Shown here piece by piece: positions 28,401-43,400 of a DNA stretch of 64,000 nt (positions are counted from its first letter, which is position 1; each line of letters opens with the position of its first letter). The position numbers were made by a program, and so were the translations under genes. The notes under the pieces were generated by a model. The model did no database searches and was not told the origin of the DNA. It was given only the letters and a program-made list of their open reading frames with translations. This DNA is from the human T2T-CHM13v2.0 reference genome, Homo sapiens, in NCBI RefSeq assembly GCF_009914755.1, contig NC_060939.1. One strand, written 5' to 3'.

Positions 28401-31400
28401 TCCATTCGAGTCCATTCCATTCGATGCCATTCCATTTGATTCTATTCCATTAGTCTCCATTCAATTCCATTAATCTCCATTCCATTCCATTTTACTCCAA
28501 CTGATTCCATTCCATTCTATTCCTTTCCATTCCATTTCATTCCATTCCATTCCATTCCATTCCATTCCATTCGTGTCCATTCCATTCCAGTCCATTCCAT
28601 TCGTGTCCATTCCATTCCAGTCCATTCCATTTGTGTCCACTGCATTCCATTCCACTCCATTCCATATTATTCCAATACACTCCATTCCATTCTATCACTT
28701 TCATTTCCATTCAATTCCATTCCATTTGATTCCATTCCACTCGGTTTCATTCCATTTCAGTCCACTCCATTCCATTCCATTCCATTCCATTCAGTTCCAT
28801 TCCATTCTGTTCCATTCCATTCCGTTCCATTACATTCCATTCCATTCGGTACCATTCCATATTGTTCCATTCGATTCCATTAGAATCCATTCCATTCCAG
28901 TCCATTCCATTCGATTCCATTCCATTCATTTCAATTCCATTCCATTCCATTCCATTACATTCCACTTGATTCCTCTCCATTCCCTTCCACTGCATTCCGT
29001 TCGATTCCATTCCATTGCATTGCATTCCATTCCATTGGATTGCATTCCATTCGATTCCATTCCATTCGAATCAATTACATAGCAATCCATTACATTCGAG
29101 TCTATTCTATTCCGTTCCATTCGATTTCGTTCCAATCCATTCGATTCCATTCCATTCGATTCCATTCCATACTATTGCATTTCATTCGATTACATTATAT
29201 TCGAATAAGTTCCATTCAAGACCATTTCTTTTGAGTCCATTCTATTTGAGTCCATTCCCTTTGATTCCATAACATTTGAGTCCATTCAATTCCATTCCTT
29301 TCGTTTCCATTCCATTTGATGCCATTCCATTCAATTCTGTTCTACTCGACTCCAATACATTCAATTCCATTCCATCCGATTCCATTACATTCTTTTCATT
29401 TCTTATCCATTTCAAGCCATTCCACTCCATTCCATTCCACTCGTTTCCTTTCCATTCGAGTCCATTCCTCTCCAGTCCATTCCGTTCAATCCATTCCATT
29501 CCAGTCCATTCCATTCGAGTCCGTTCCATTCCAGTCCATTCCATTCGAGTCAATTCCATCCCATTCGATGTCTTTCCATAACGATCCATTCCATTCTATT
29601 CCTTTCAATTCCATTCCATTCTATTTCATTCCATTCGATTCCCTTCCATTGGACTCCTTTCCATTCGAGTGCATTCCATTCCGTTCCATTTCTTTCCGTT
29701 CTGTACGATTCCTACCGTTCGATTTCATTTTGTTCCAGTCCATTCCTTTCGCGTCCATTCCATTCCATTTCACTCCATTCGATTCCATTCCACTCGATTC
29801 CACTTCGTTCCATTTCATTGCATTCCATTCTATTCAACTCTATTGCCTTCCATTCCATTCCATTCGATTACATTCCATGCGATTCCATTCGAAATCGAAT
29901 CAATTACATTGCAATCCATTACTATTGAGTCCGTTTTATTCCAGTCCACTGCATTCTGGTCCATTCCATTTGATTCCATTCCATTCTATTCCATTCCATA
30001 CAGTTGCATTCCATTGGATTCCATGCTATATCTATAAATTCAATTCGAGACCATTGCTTTTGAGTCCATTCTATATGATTCCATTCCATTCAAGTCCATT
30101 ACATTTGGTTCCATTCCATTCCATTCCATTCCCTTCCATTCCATTCCATTTGATATCAATCCATTCGATTCCATTCCATTCGAGCACATTCCATTCGAGT
30201 CCATTCCATTCGATGCCATTCCATTTGATTCTATTCCATTAGTCTCCATTCAATTCCATTAATCTCCATTCCATTCCATTTTACTCCAACTGATTCCATT
30301 CCATTCTATTCCTTTCCATTCCATTTCATTCCATTCCATTCCATTCCATTCCATTCCATTCGTGTCCATTCCATTCCAGTCCATTCCATTCGTGTCCATT
30401 CCATTCCAGTCCATTCCATTTGTGTCCACTGCATTCCATTCCACTCCATTCCATATTATTCCAATACACTCCATTCCATTCTATCACTTTCATTTCCATT
30501 CAATTCCATTCCATTTGATTCCATTCCACTCGGTTTCATTCCATTTGAGTCCACTCCATTCCATTCCATTCCATTCCATTCAGTTCCATTCCATTCTGTT
30601 CCATTCCATTCCGTTCCATTCGGTACCATTCCATATTGTTCCATTCGATTCCATTCGAATCCATTCCATTCCAGTCCATTCCATTCGATTCCATTCCATT
30701 CATTTCAATTCCATTCCATTCCATTCCATTACATTCCACTTGATTCCTCTCCATTCCCTTCCACTGCATTCCGTTCGATTCCATTCCATTGCATTGCATT
30801 CCATTCCATTGGATTGCATTCCATTCGATTCCATTCCATTCGAATCAATTACATAGCAATCCATTACATTCGAGTCTATTCTATTCCGTTCCATTCGATT
30901 TCGTTCCAATCCATTCGATTCCATTCCATTCGATTCCATTCCATACTATTGCATTCCATTCGATTACATTATATTCGAATAAGTTCCATTCAAGACCATT
31001 TCTTTTGAGTCCATTCTATTTGAGTCCATTCCCTTTGATTCCATAACATTTGAGTCCATTCAATTCCATTCCTTTCGTTTCCATTCCATTTGATGCCATT
31101 CCATTCAATTCTGTTCTACTCGACTCCAATACATTCAATTCCATTCCATCCGATTCCATTACATTCTTTTCATTTCTTATCCATTTCAAGCCATTCCACT
31201 CCATTCCATTCCACTCGTTTCCTTTCCATTCGAGTCCATTCCTCTCCAGTCCATTCCGTTCAATCCATTCCATTCCAGTCCATTCCATTCGAGTCCGTTC
31301 CATTCCAGTCCATTCCATTCGAGTCAATTCCATCCCATTCGATGTCTTTCCATAACGATCCATTCCATTCTATTCCTTTCGATTCCATTCCATTCTGTTT

Positions 31401-34400
31401 CATTCCATTCGATTCCCTTCCATTGGACTCCTTTCCATTCGAGTGCATTCCATTCCGTTCCATTTCTTTCCGTTCTGTACGATTCCTACCGTTCGATTTC
31501 ATTTTGTTCCAGTCCATTCCTTTCGCGTCCATTCCATTCCATTTCACTCCATTCGATTCCATTCCACTCGATTCCACTTCGTTCCATTTCATTGCATTCC
31601 ATTCTATTCAACTCTATTGCCTTCCATTCCATTCCATTCGATTACATTCCATGCGATTCCATTCGAAATCGAATCAATTACATTGCAATCCATTACAATT
31701 GAGTCCGTTTTATTCCAGTCCACTGCATTCTGGTCCATTCCATTTGATTCCATTCCATTCTATTCCATTCCATACAGTTGCATTCCTTTGGATTCCATGC
31801 TATATATATAAATTCAATTCGAGACCATTGCTTTTGAGTCCATTCTATATGATTCCATTCCATTCAAGTCCATTACATTTGGTTCAATTCCATTCCATTC
31901 CATTCCCTTCCATTCCATTCCAGTTGATATCAATCCATTCGATTCCATTCCATTCGAGCACATTCCATTCGAGTCCATTCCATTCGATGCCATTCCATTT
32001 GATTCTATTCCATTAGTCTCCATTCAATTCCATTAATCTCCATTCCATTCCATTCTACTCCAACTGATTCCATTCCATTCTATTCCTTTCCATTCCATTT
32101 CATTCCATTCCATTCCATTTCATTCCATTCCATTCCATTCGCTTCCATTCCATTCGTGTCCATTCCACTCCAGTCCATTCCATTCGTGTCCATTCCATTC
32201 CAGTCCATTCCATTTGTGTCCACTGCATTCCATTCCACTCCATTCCATATTATTCCATTACACTCCCTTCCATTCTATTACTTTCATTTCCATTCAATTC
32301 CATTCCATTTGATTCCATTCCACTCGGTTTCATTCCATTTGAGTCCACTCCATTCCATTCCATTCCATTCCATTCAGTTCCATTCCATTCTGTTCCATTC
32401 CATTCCGTTCCATTACATTCCATTCCATTCGGTACCATTCCATATTGTTCCATTCGATTCCATTCGAATCCATTCCATTCCAGTCCATTCCATTCGATTC
32501 CATTCCATTCATTTCAATTCCATTCCATTCCATTCCATTACATTCCACTTGATTCCTCTCCATTCCCTTCCACTGCATTCCGTTCGATTCCATTCCATTG
32601 CATTGCATTCCATTCCATTGGATTGCATTCCATTCGATTCCATTCCATTCGAATCAATTACATAGCAATCCATTACATTCGAGTCTATTCTATTCCGTTC
32701 CATTCGATTTCGTTCCAATCCATTCGATTCCATTCCATTCGATTCCATTCCATACTATTGCATTTCATTCGATTACATTATATTCGAATAAGTTCCATTC
32801 AAGACCATTTCTTTTGAGTCCATTCTATTTGAGTCCATTCCCTTTGATTCCATAACATTTGAGTCCATTCAATTCCATTCCTTTCGTTTCCATTCCATTT
32901 GATGCCATTCCATTCAATTCTGTTCTACTCGACTCCAATACATTCAATTCCATTCCATCCGATTCCATTACATTCTTTTCATTTCTTATCCATTTCAAGC
33001 CATTCCACTCCATTCCATTCCACTCGTTTCCTTTCCATTCGAGTCCATTCCTCTCCAGTCCATTCCGTTCAATCCATTCCATTCCAGTCCATTCCATTCG
33101 AGTCCGTTCCATTCCAGTCCATTCCATTCGAGTCAATTCCATCCCATTCGATGTCTTTCCATAACGATCCATTCCATTCTATTCCTTTCAATTCCATTCC
33201 ATTCTATTGCATTCCATTCGATTCCCTTCCATTGGACTCCTTTCCATTCGAGTGCATTCCATTCCGTTCCATTTCTTTCCGTTCTGTACGATTCCTACCG
33301 TTCGATTTCATTTTGTTCCAGTCCATTCCTTTCGCGTCCATTCCATTCCATTTCACTCCATTCGATTCCATTCCACTCGATTCCACTTCGTTCCATTTCA
33401 TTGCATTCCATTCTATTCAACTCTATTGCCTTCCATTCCATTCCATTCGATTACATTCCATGCGATTCCATTCGAAATCGAATCAATTACATTGCAATCC
33501 ATTACTATTGAGTCCGTTTTATTCCAGTCCACTGCATTCTGGTCCATTCCATTTGATTCCATTCCATTCTATTCCATTCCATACAGTTGCATTCCATTGG
33601 ATTCCATGCTATATCTATAAATTCAATTCGAGACCATTGCTTTTGAGTCCATTCTATATGATTCCATTCCATTCAAGTCCATTACATTTGGTTCAATTCC
33701 ATTCCATTCCATTCCCTTCCATTCCATTCCATTTGATATCAATCCATTCGATTCCATTCCATTCGAGCACATTCCATTCGAGTCCATTCCATTCGATGCC
33801 ATTCTATTTGATTCTATTCCATTAGTCTCCATTCAATTCCATTAATCTCCATTCCATTCCATTCTACTCCAACTGATTCCATTCCATTCTATTCCTTTCC
33901 ATTCCATTTCATTCCATTCCATTCCATTTCATTCCATTCCATTCCATTCGCTTCCATTCCATTCGTGTCCATTCCACTCCAGTCCATTCCATTCGTGTCC
34001 ATTCCATTCCAGTCCATTCCATTTGTGTCCACTGCATTCCATTCCACTCCATTCCATATTATTCCATTACACTCCATTCCATTCTATTACTTTCATTTCC
34101 ATTCAATTCCATTCCATTTGATTCCATTACACTCGGTTTCATTCCATTTGAGTCTACTCCATTCCATTCCATTCCATTCAGTTCCATTCCATTCTGTTCC
34201 ATTCCATTCCGTTCCATTACATTCCATTCCATTCGGTACCATTCCATATTGTTCCATTCGATTCCATTCGAATCCATTCCATTCCAGTCCATTCCATTCG
34301 ATACCATTCCATTCATTTCAATTCCATTCCATTCCATTCCATTACATTCCACTTGATTCCTCTCCATTCCCTTCCACTGCATTCCGTTCGATTCCATTCC

Positions 34401-37400
34401 ATTGCATTGCATTCCATTCCATTGGATTGCATTCCATTCGATTCCATTCCATTCGAATCAATTACATAGCAATCTATTACATTCGAGTCTATTCTATTCC
34501 GTTCCATTGGATTTCGTTCCAATCCATTCGATTCCATTCCATTCGATTCCATTCCATACTATTGCATTCCATTCGATTACATTATATTCGAATAAGTTCC
34601 ATTCAAGACCATTTCTTTTGAGTCCATTCTATTTGAGTCCATTCCCTTTGATTCCATAACATTTGAGTCCATTCAATTCCATTCCTTTCGTTTCCATTCC
34701 ATTTGATGCCATTCCATTCAATTCTGTTCTACTCGACTCCAATACATTCAATTCCATTCCATCCGATTCCATAACATTCTTTTCATTTCTTATCCATTTC
34801 AAGCCATTCCACTCCATTCCATTCCACTCGTTTCCTTTCCATTCGAGTCCATTCCTCTCCAGTCCATTCCGTTCAATCCATTCCATTCCAGTCCATTCCA
34901 TTCGAGTCCGTTCCATTCCAGTCCATTCCATTCGAGTCAATTCCATCCCATTCGATGTCTTTCCATAACGATCCATTCCATTCTATTCCTTTCGATTCCA
35001 TTCCATTCTATTTCATTCCATTCGATTCCCTTCCATTGGACTCCTTTCCATTCGAGTGCATTCCATTCCGTTCCATTTCTTTCCGTTCTGTACGATTCCT
35101 ACCGTTCGATTTCATTTTGTTCCAGTCCATTCCTTTCGCGTCCATTCCATTCCATTTCACTCCATTCGATTCCATTCCACTCGATTCCACTTCGTTCCAT
35201 TTCATTGCATTCCATTCTATTCAACTCTATTGCCTTCCATTCCATTCCATTCGATTACATTCCATGCGATTCCATTCGAAATCGAATCAATTACATTGCA
35301 ATCCATAACTATTGAGTCCGTTTTATTCCAGTCCACTGCATTCTGGTCCATTCCATTTGATTCCATTCCATTCTATTCCATTCCATACAGTTGCATTCCA
35401 TTGGATTCCATTCTATATCTATAAATTCAATTCGAGACCATTGCTTTTGAGTCCATTCTATATGATTCCATTCCATTCAAGTCCATTACATTTGGTTCAA
35501 TTCCATTCCATTCCATTCCCTTCCATTCCATTCCAGGTGATATCAATCCATTCGATTCCATTCCATTCGAGCACATTCCATTCGAGTCCATTCAATTCGA
35601 TGCCATTCCATTTGGTTCTATTCCATTAGTCTCCATTCAATTCCATTAATCTCCATTCCATTCCATTCTACTCCAACTGATTCCATTCCATTCTATTCCT
35701 TTCCATTCCATTTCATTCCATTCCATTCCATTTCATTCCATTCCATTCCATTCCATTCGCTTCCATTCCATTCGTGTCCATTCCATTCCAGTCCATTCCA
35801 TTTGTGTCCACTGCATTCCATTCCACTCCATTCCATATTATTCCATTACACTCCATTCCATTCTATTACTTTCATTTCCATTCAATTCCATTCCATTTGA
35901 TTCCATTCCACTCGGTTTCATTCCATTTGAGTCCAATCCATTCCATTCCATTCCATTCAGTTCCATTCCATTCTGTTCCATTCCATTCCGTTCCATTGCA
36001 TTCCATTCCATTCGGTACCATTCCATATTGTTCCATTCGATTCCATTCGAATCCATTCCATTCCAGTCCATTCCATTCGATTCCATTCCATTCCTTTCAA
36101 TTCCATTCCATTCCATTCCATTCCACTTGATTCCACTCCATTCTCTTCCACTGCATTCCATTCGATTCCATTCCATTGCATTGCATTCCATTCCATTGGA
36201 CTGCATTCCATTCGATTCCATTCCATTCGAATCAATTACATAGCAATCCATTACATTCGAGTCTATTCTATTCCGTTCCATTCGATTTCGTTCCAATCCA
36301 TTCGATTCCATTCCATTCGATTCCATTCCATACTATTGCATTCCATTCTATTACATTATATTCGAATAAGTTCCATTCAAGACCATTTCTTTTGAGTCCA
36401 TTCTATTTGAGTCCATTCCCTTTGATTCCATAACATTTGAGTCCATTCAATTCCATTCCTTTCGTTTCCATTCCATTTGATGCCATTCCATTCAATTCTG
36501 TTCTACTCGACTCCAATACATTCAATTCCATTCCATCCGATTCCATTACATTCTTTTCATTTCTTATCCATTTCAAGCCATTCCACTCCATTCCATTCCA
36601 CTCGTTTCCTTTCCATTCGAGTCCATTCCTCTCCAGTCCATTCCGTTCAATCCATTCCATTCCAGTCCATTCCATTCGAGTCCGTTCCATTCCAGTCCAT
36701 TCCATTCGAGTCAATTCCATTCCATTCGATGTCTTTCCATAACGATCCATTCCATTCTATTCCTTTCGATTCCATTCCATTCTATTTCATTCCATTCGAT
36801 TCCCTTCCATTGGACTCCTTTCCATTCGAGTGCATTCCATTCCGTTCCATTTCTTTCCATTCTGTACGATTCCTACCGTTCGATTTCATTTTGTTCCAGT
36901 CCATTCCTTTCGCGTCCATTCCATTCCATTTCACTCCATTCGATTCCATTCCACTCGATTCCACTTCGTTCCATTTCATTGCATTCCATTCTATTCAACT
37001 CTATTGCCTTCCATTCCATTCCATTCGATTACATTCCATGCGATTCCATTCGAAATCGAATCAATTACATTGCAATCCATTACTATTGAGTCCGTTTTAT
37101 TCCAGTCCACTGCATTCTGGTCCATTCCATTTGATTCCATTCCATTCTATTCCATTCCATACAGTTGCATTCCATTGGATTCCATGCTATATCTATAAAT
37201 TCAATTCGAGACCATTGCTTTTGAGTCCATTCTATATGATTCCATTCCATTCAAGTCCATTACATTTGGTTCAATTCCATTCCATTCCATTCCCTTTCAT
37301 TCCATTCCATTTGATATCAATCCATTCGATTCCATTCCATTCGAGCACATTCCATTCGAGTCCATTCCATTCGATGCCATTCCATTTGATTCTATTCCAT

Positions 37401-40400
37401 TAGTCTCCATTCAATTCCATTAATCTCCATTCCATTCCATTCTACTCCAACTGATTCCATTCCATTCTATTCCTTTCCATTCCATTTCATTCCATTCCAT
37501 TCCATTTCATTCCATTCCATTCCATTCGTGTCCATTCCACTCCAGTCCATTCCATTCGTGTCCATTCCATTCCAGTCCATTCCATTTGTGTCCACTGCAT
37601 TCCATTCCACTCCATTCCATATTATTCCATTACACTCCATTCCATTCTATTACTTTCATTTCCATTCAATTCCATTCCATTTGATTCCATTCCACTCGGT
37701 TTCATTCCATTTGAGTCCAATCCATTCCATTCCATTCCATTCCATTCAGTTCCATTCCATTCTGTTCCATTCCATTCCGTTCCATTACATTCCATTCCAT
37801 TCGGTACCATTCCATATTGTTCCATTCGATTCCATTCGAATCCATTCCATTCCAGTCCATTCCATTCGATTCCATTCCATTCATTTCAATTCCATTCCAT
37901 TCCATTCCATTACATTCCACTTGATTCCTCTACATTCCCTTCCACTGCATTCCGTTCGATTCCATTCCATTGCATTGCATTCCATTCCATTGGATTGCAT
38001 TCCATTCGATTCCATTCCATTCGAATCAATTACATAGCAATCCATTACATTCGAGTCTATTCTATTCCGTTCCATTCGATTTCGTTCCAATCCATTCGAT
38101 TCCATTCCATTCGATTCCATTCCATACTATTGCATTCCATTCGATTACATTATATTCGAATAAGTTCCATTCAAGACCATTTCTTTTGAGTCCATTCTAT
38201 TTGAGTCCATTCCCTTTGATTCCATAACATTTGAGTCCATTCAATTCCATTCCTTTCGTTTCCATTCCATTTGATGCCATTCCATTCAATTCTGTTCTAC
38301 TCGACTCCAATACATTCAATTCCATTCCATCCGATTCCATTACATTCTTTTCATTTCTTATCCATTTCAAGCCATTCCACTCCATTCCATTCCACTCGTT
38401 TCCTTTCCATTCGAGTCCATTCCTCTCCAGTCCATTCCGTTCAATCCATTCCATTCCAGTCCATTCCATTCGAGTCCGTTCCATTCCAGTCCATTCCATT
38501 CGAGTCAATCCCATTCCATTCGATGTCTTTCCATAACGATCCATTCCATTCTATTCCTTTCAATTCCATTCCATTCTATTTCATTCCATTCGATTCCCTT
38601 CCATTGGACTCCTTTCCATTCGAGTGCATTCCATTCCTTTCCATTTCTTTCCGTTCTGTACGATTCCTACCGTTCGATTTCATTTTGTTCCAGTCCATTC
38701 CTTTCGCGTCCATTCCATTCCATTTCACTCCATTCGATTCCATTCCACTCGATTCCACTTCGTTCCATTTCATTGCATTCCATTCTATTCACTCTATTGC
38801 CTTCCATTCCATTCCATTCGATTACATTCCATGCGATTCCATTCGAAATCGAATCAATTACATTGCAATCCATTACTATTGAGTCCGTTTTATTCCAGTC
38901 CACTGCATTCTGGTCCATTCCATTTGATTCCATTCCATTCTATTCCATTCCATTCAGTTGCATTCCATTGGATTCCATGCTATATCTATAAATTCAATTC
39001 GAGACCATTGATTTTGAGTCCATTCTATATGATTCCATTCCATTCAAGTCCATTACATTTGGTTCAATTCCATTCCATTCCATTCCCTTCCATTCCATTC
39101 CATTTGATATCAATCCATTCGATTCCATTCCATTCGAGCACATTCCATTCGAGTCCATTCCATTCGATGCCATTCCATTTGATTCTATTCCATTAGTCTC
39201 CATTCAATTCCATTAATCTCCATTCCATTCCATTCTACTCCAACTGATTCCATTCCATTCTATTCCTTTCCATTCCATTTCATTCCATTCCATTCCATTT
39301 CATTCCATTCCATTCCATTCCATTCCATTCGCTTCCATTCCATTCGTGTCCATTCCATTCCAGTCCATTCCATTTGTGTCCACTGCATTCCATTCTACTC
39401 CATTCCATATTATTCCATTACACTCCATTCCATTCTATTACTTTCATTTCCATTCAATTCCATTCCATTTGATTCCATTCCACTCGGTTTCATTCCATTT
39501 GAGTCCACTCCATTCCATTCCATTCCATTCCATTCAGTTCCATTCCATTCTGTTCCATTCCATTCCGTTCCATTGCATTCCATTCCATTCGGTACCATTC
39601 CATATTGTTCCATTCGATTCCATTCGAATCCATTCCATTCCAGTCCATTCCATTCGATTCCATTCCATTCCTTTCAATTCCATTCCATTCCATTCCATTC
39701 CACTTGATTCCTCTCCATTCCCTTCCACTGCATTCCATTGCATTGCATTCCATTCCATTGGACTGCATTCCATTCGATTCCATTCCATTCGAATCAATTA
39801 CATAGCAATCCATTACATTCGAGTCTATTCTATTCCGTTCCATTCGATTTCGTTCCAATCCATTCGATTCCATTCCATTCGATTCCATTCCATACTATTG
39901 CATTCCATTCGATTACATTATATTCGAATAAGTTCCATTCAAGACCATTTCTTTTGAGTCCATTCTATTTGAGTCCATTCCCTTTGATTCCATAACATTT
40001 GAGTCCATTCAATTCCATTCCTTTCGTTTCCATTCCATTTGATGCCATTCCATTCAATTCTGTTCTACTCGACTCCAATACATTCAATTCCATTCCATCC
40101 GATTCCATTACATTCTTTTCATTTCTTATCCATTTCAAGCCATTCCACTCCATTCCATTCCACTCGTTTCCTTTCCATTCGAGTCCATTCCTCTCCAGTC
40201 CATTCCGTTCAATCCATTCCATTCCAGTCCATTCCATTCGAGTCCGTTCCATTCCAGTCCATTCCATTCGAGTCAATTCCATCCCATTCGATGTCTTTCC
40301 ATAACGATCCATTCCATTCTATTCCTTTCGATTCCATTCCATTCTATTTCATTCCATTCGATTCCCTTCCATTGGACTCCTTTCCATTCGAGTGCATTCC

Positions 40401-43400
40401 ATTCCGTTCCATTTCTTTCCGTTCTGTACGATTCCTACCGTTCGATTTCATTTTGTTCCAGTCCATTCCTTTCGCGTCCATTCCATTCCATTTCACTCCA
40501 TTCGATTCCATTCCACTCGATTCCACTTCGTTCCATTTCATTGCATTCCATTCTATTCAACTCTATTGCCTTCCATTCCATTCCATTCGATTACATTCCA
40601 TGCGATTCCATTCGAAATCGAATCAATTACATTGCAATCCATTACAATTGAGTCCGTTTTATTCCAGTCCACTGCATTCTGGTCCATTCCATTTGATTCC
40701 ATTCCATTCTATTCCATTCCATACAGTTGCATTCCATTGGATTCCATGCTATATCTATAAATTCAATTCGAGACCATTGCTTTTGAGTCCATTCTATATG
40801 ATTCCATTCCATTCAAGTCCATTACATTTGGTTCAATTCCATTCCATTCCATTCCCTTCCATTCCATTCCATTTGATATCAATCCATTCGATTCCATTCC
40901 ATTCGAGCACATTCCATTCGAGTCCATTCCATTCGATGCCATTCCATTTGATTCTATTCCATTAGTCTCCATTCAATTCCATTAATCTCCATTCTATTCC
41001 ATTTTACTCCAACTGATTCCATTCCATTCTATTCCTTTCCATTCCATTTCATTCCATTCCATTCCATTCCATTCCATTCCATTCGTGTCCATTCCACTCC
41101 AGTCCATTCCATTCGTGTCCATTCCATTCCAGTCCATTCCATTTGTGTCCACTGCATTCCATTCCACTCCATTCCATATTATTCCAATACACTCCATTCC
41201 ATTCTATCACTTTCATTTCCATTCAATTCCATTCCATTTGATTCCATTCCACTCGGTTTCATTCCATTTGAGTCCACTCCATTCCATTCCATTCCATTCC
41301 ATTCAGTTCCATTCCATTCTGTTCCATTCCATTCCGTTCCATTACATTCCGTTCCATTCGGTACCATTCCATATTGTTCCATTCGATTCCATTCGAATCC
41401 ATTCCATTCCAGTCCATTCCATTCGATTCCATTCCATTCCTTTCAATTCCATTCCATTCCATTCCATTACATTCCACTTGATTCCTCTCCATTCCCTTCC
41501 ACTGCATTCCGTTCGATTCCATTCCATTGCATTGCATTCCATTCCATTGGATTGCATTCCATTCGATTCCATTCCATTCGAATCAATTACATAGCAATCC
41601 ATTACATTCGAGTCTATTCTATTCCGTTCCATTCGATTTCGTTCCAATCCATTCGATTCCATTCCATTCGATTCCATTCCATACTATTGCATTTCATTCG
41701 ATTACATTATATTCGAATAAGTTCCATTCAAGACCATTTCTTTTGAGTCCATTCTATTTGAGTCCATTCCCTTTGATTCCATAACATTTGAGTCCATTCA
41801 ATTCCATTCCTTTCGTTTCCATTCCATTTGATGCCATTCCATTCAATTCTGTTCTACTCGACTCCAATACATTCAATTCCATTCCATCCGATTCCATTAC
41901 ATTCTTTTCATTTCTTATCCATTTCAAGCCATTCCACTCCATTCCATTCCACTCGTTTCCTTTCCATTCGAGTCCATTCCTCTCCAGTCCATTCCGTTCA
42001 ATCCATTCCATTCCAGTCCATTCCATTCGAGTCCGTTCCATTCCAGTCCATTCCATTCGAGTCAATTCCATCCCATTCGATGTCTTTCCATAACGATCCA
42101 TTCCATTCTATTCCTTTCAATTCCATTCCATTCTATTTCATTCCATTCGATTCCCTTCCATTGGACTCCTTTCCATTCGAGTGCATTCCATTCCGTTCCA
42201 TTTCTTTCCGTTCTGTACGATTCCTACCGTTCGATTTCATTTTGTTCCAGTCCATTCCTTTCGCGTCCATTCCATTCCATTTCACTCCATTCGATTCCAT
42301 TCCACTCGATTCCACTTCGTTCCATTTCATTGCATTCCATTCTATTCAACTCTATTGCCTTCCATTCCATTCCATTCGATTACATTCCATGCGATTCCAT
42401 TCGAAATCGAATCAATTACATTGCAATCCATTACAATTGAGTCCGTTTTATTCCAGTCCACTGCATTCTGGTCCATTCCATTTGATTCCATTCCATTCTA
42501 TTCCATTCCATACAGTTGCATTCCATTGGATTCCATGCTATATCTATAAATTCAATTCGAGACCATTGCTTTTGAGTCCATTCTATATGATTCCATTCCA
42601 TTCAAGTCCATTACATTTGGTTCAATTCCATTCCATTCCATTCCCTTCCATTCCATTCCATTTGATATCAATCCATTCGATTCCATTCCATTCGAGCACA
42701 TTCCATTCGAGTCCATTCCATTCGATGCCATTCCATTTGATTCTATTCCATTAGTCTCCATTCAATTCCATTAATCTCCATTCTATTCCATTTTACTCCA
42801 ACTGATTCCATTCCATTCTATTCCTTTCCATTCCATTTCATTCCATTCCATTCCATTCCATTCCATTCCATTCGTGTCCATTCCACTCCAGTCCATTCCA
42901 TTCGTGTCCATTCCATTCCAGTCCATTCCATTTGTGTCCACTGCATTCCATTCCACTCCATTCCATATTATTCCAATACACTCCATTCCATTCTATCACT
43001 TTCATTTCCATTCAATTCCATTCCATTTGATTCCATTCCACTCGGTTTCATTCCATTTGAGTCCACTCCATTCCATTCCATTCCATTCCATTCAGTTCCA
43101 TTCCATTCTGTTCCATTCCATTCCGTTCCATTACATTCCGTTCCATTCGGTACCATTCCATATTGTTCCATTCGATTCCATTCGAATCCATTCCATTCCA
43201 GTCCATTCCATTCGATTCCATTCCATTCATTTCAATTCCATTCCATTCCATTCCATTACATTCCACTTGATTCCTCTCCATTCCCTTCCACTGCATTCCG
43301 TTCGATTCCATTCCATTGCATTGCATTCCATTCCATTGGATTGCATTCCATTCGATTCCATTCCATTCGAATCAATTACATAGCAATCCATTACATTCGA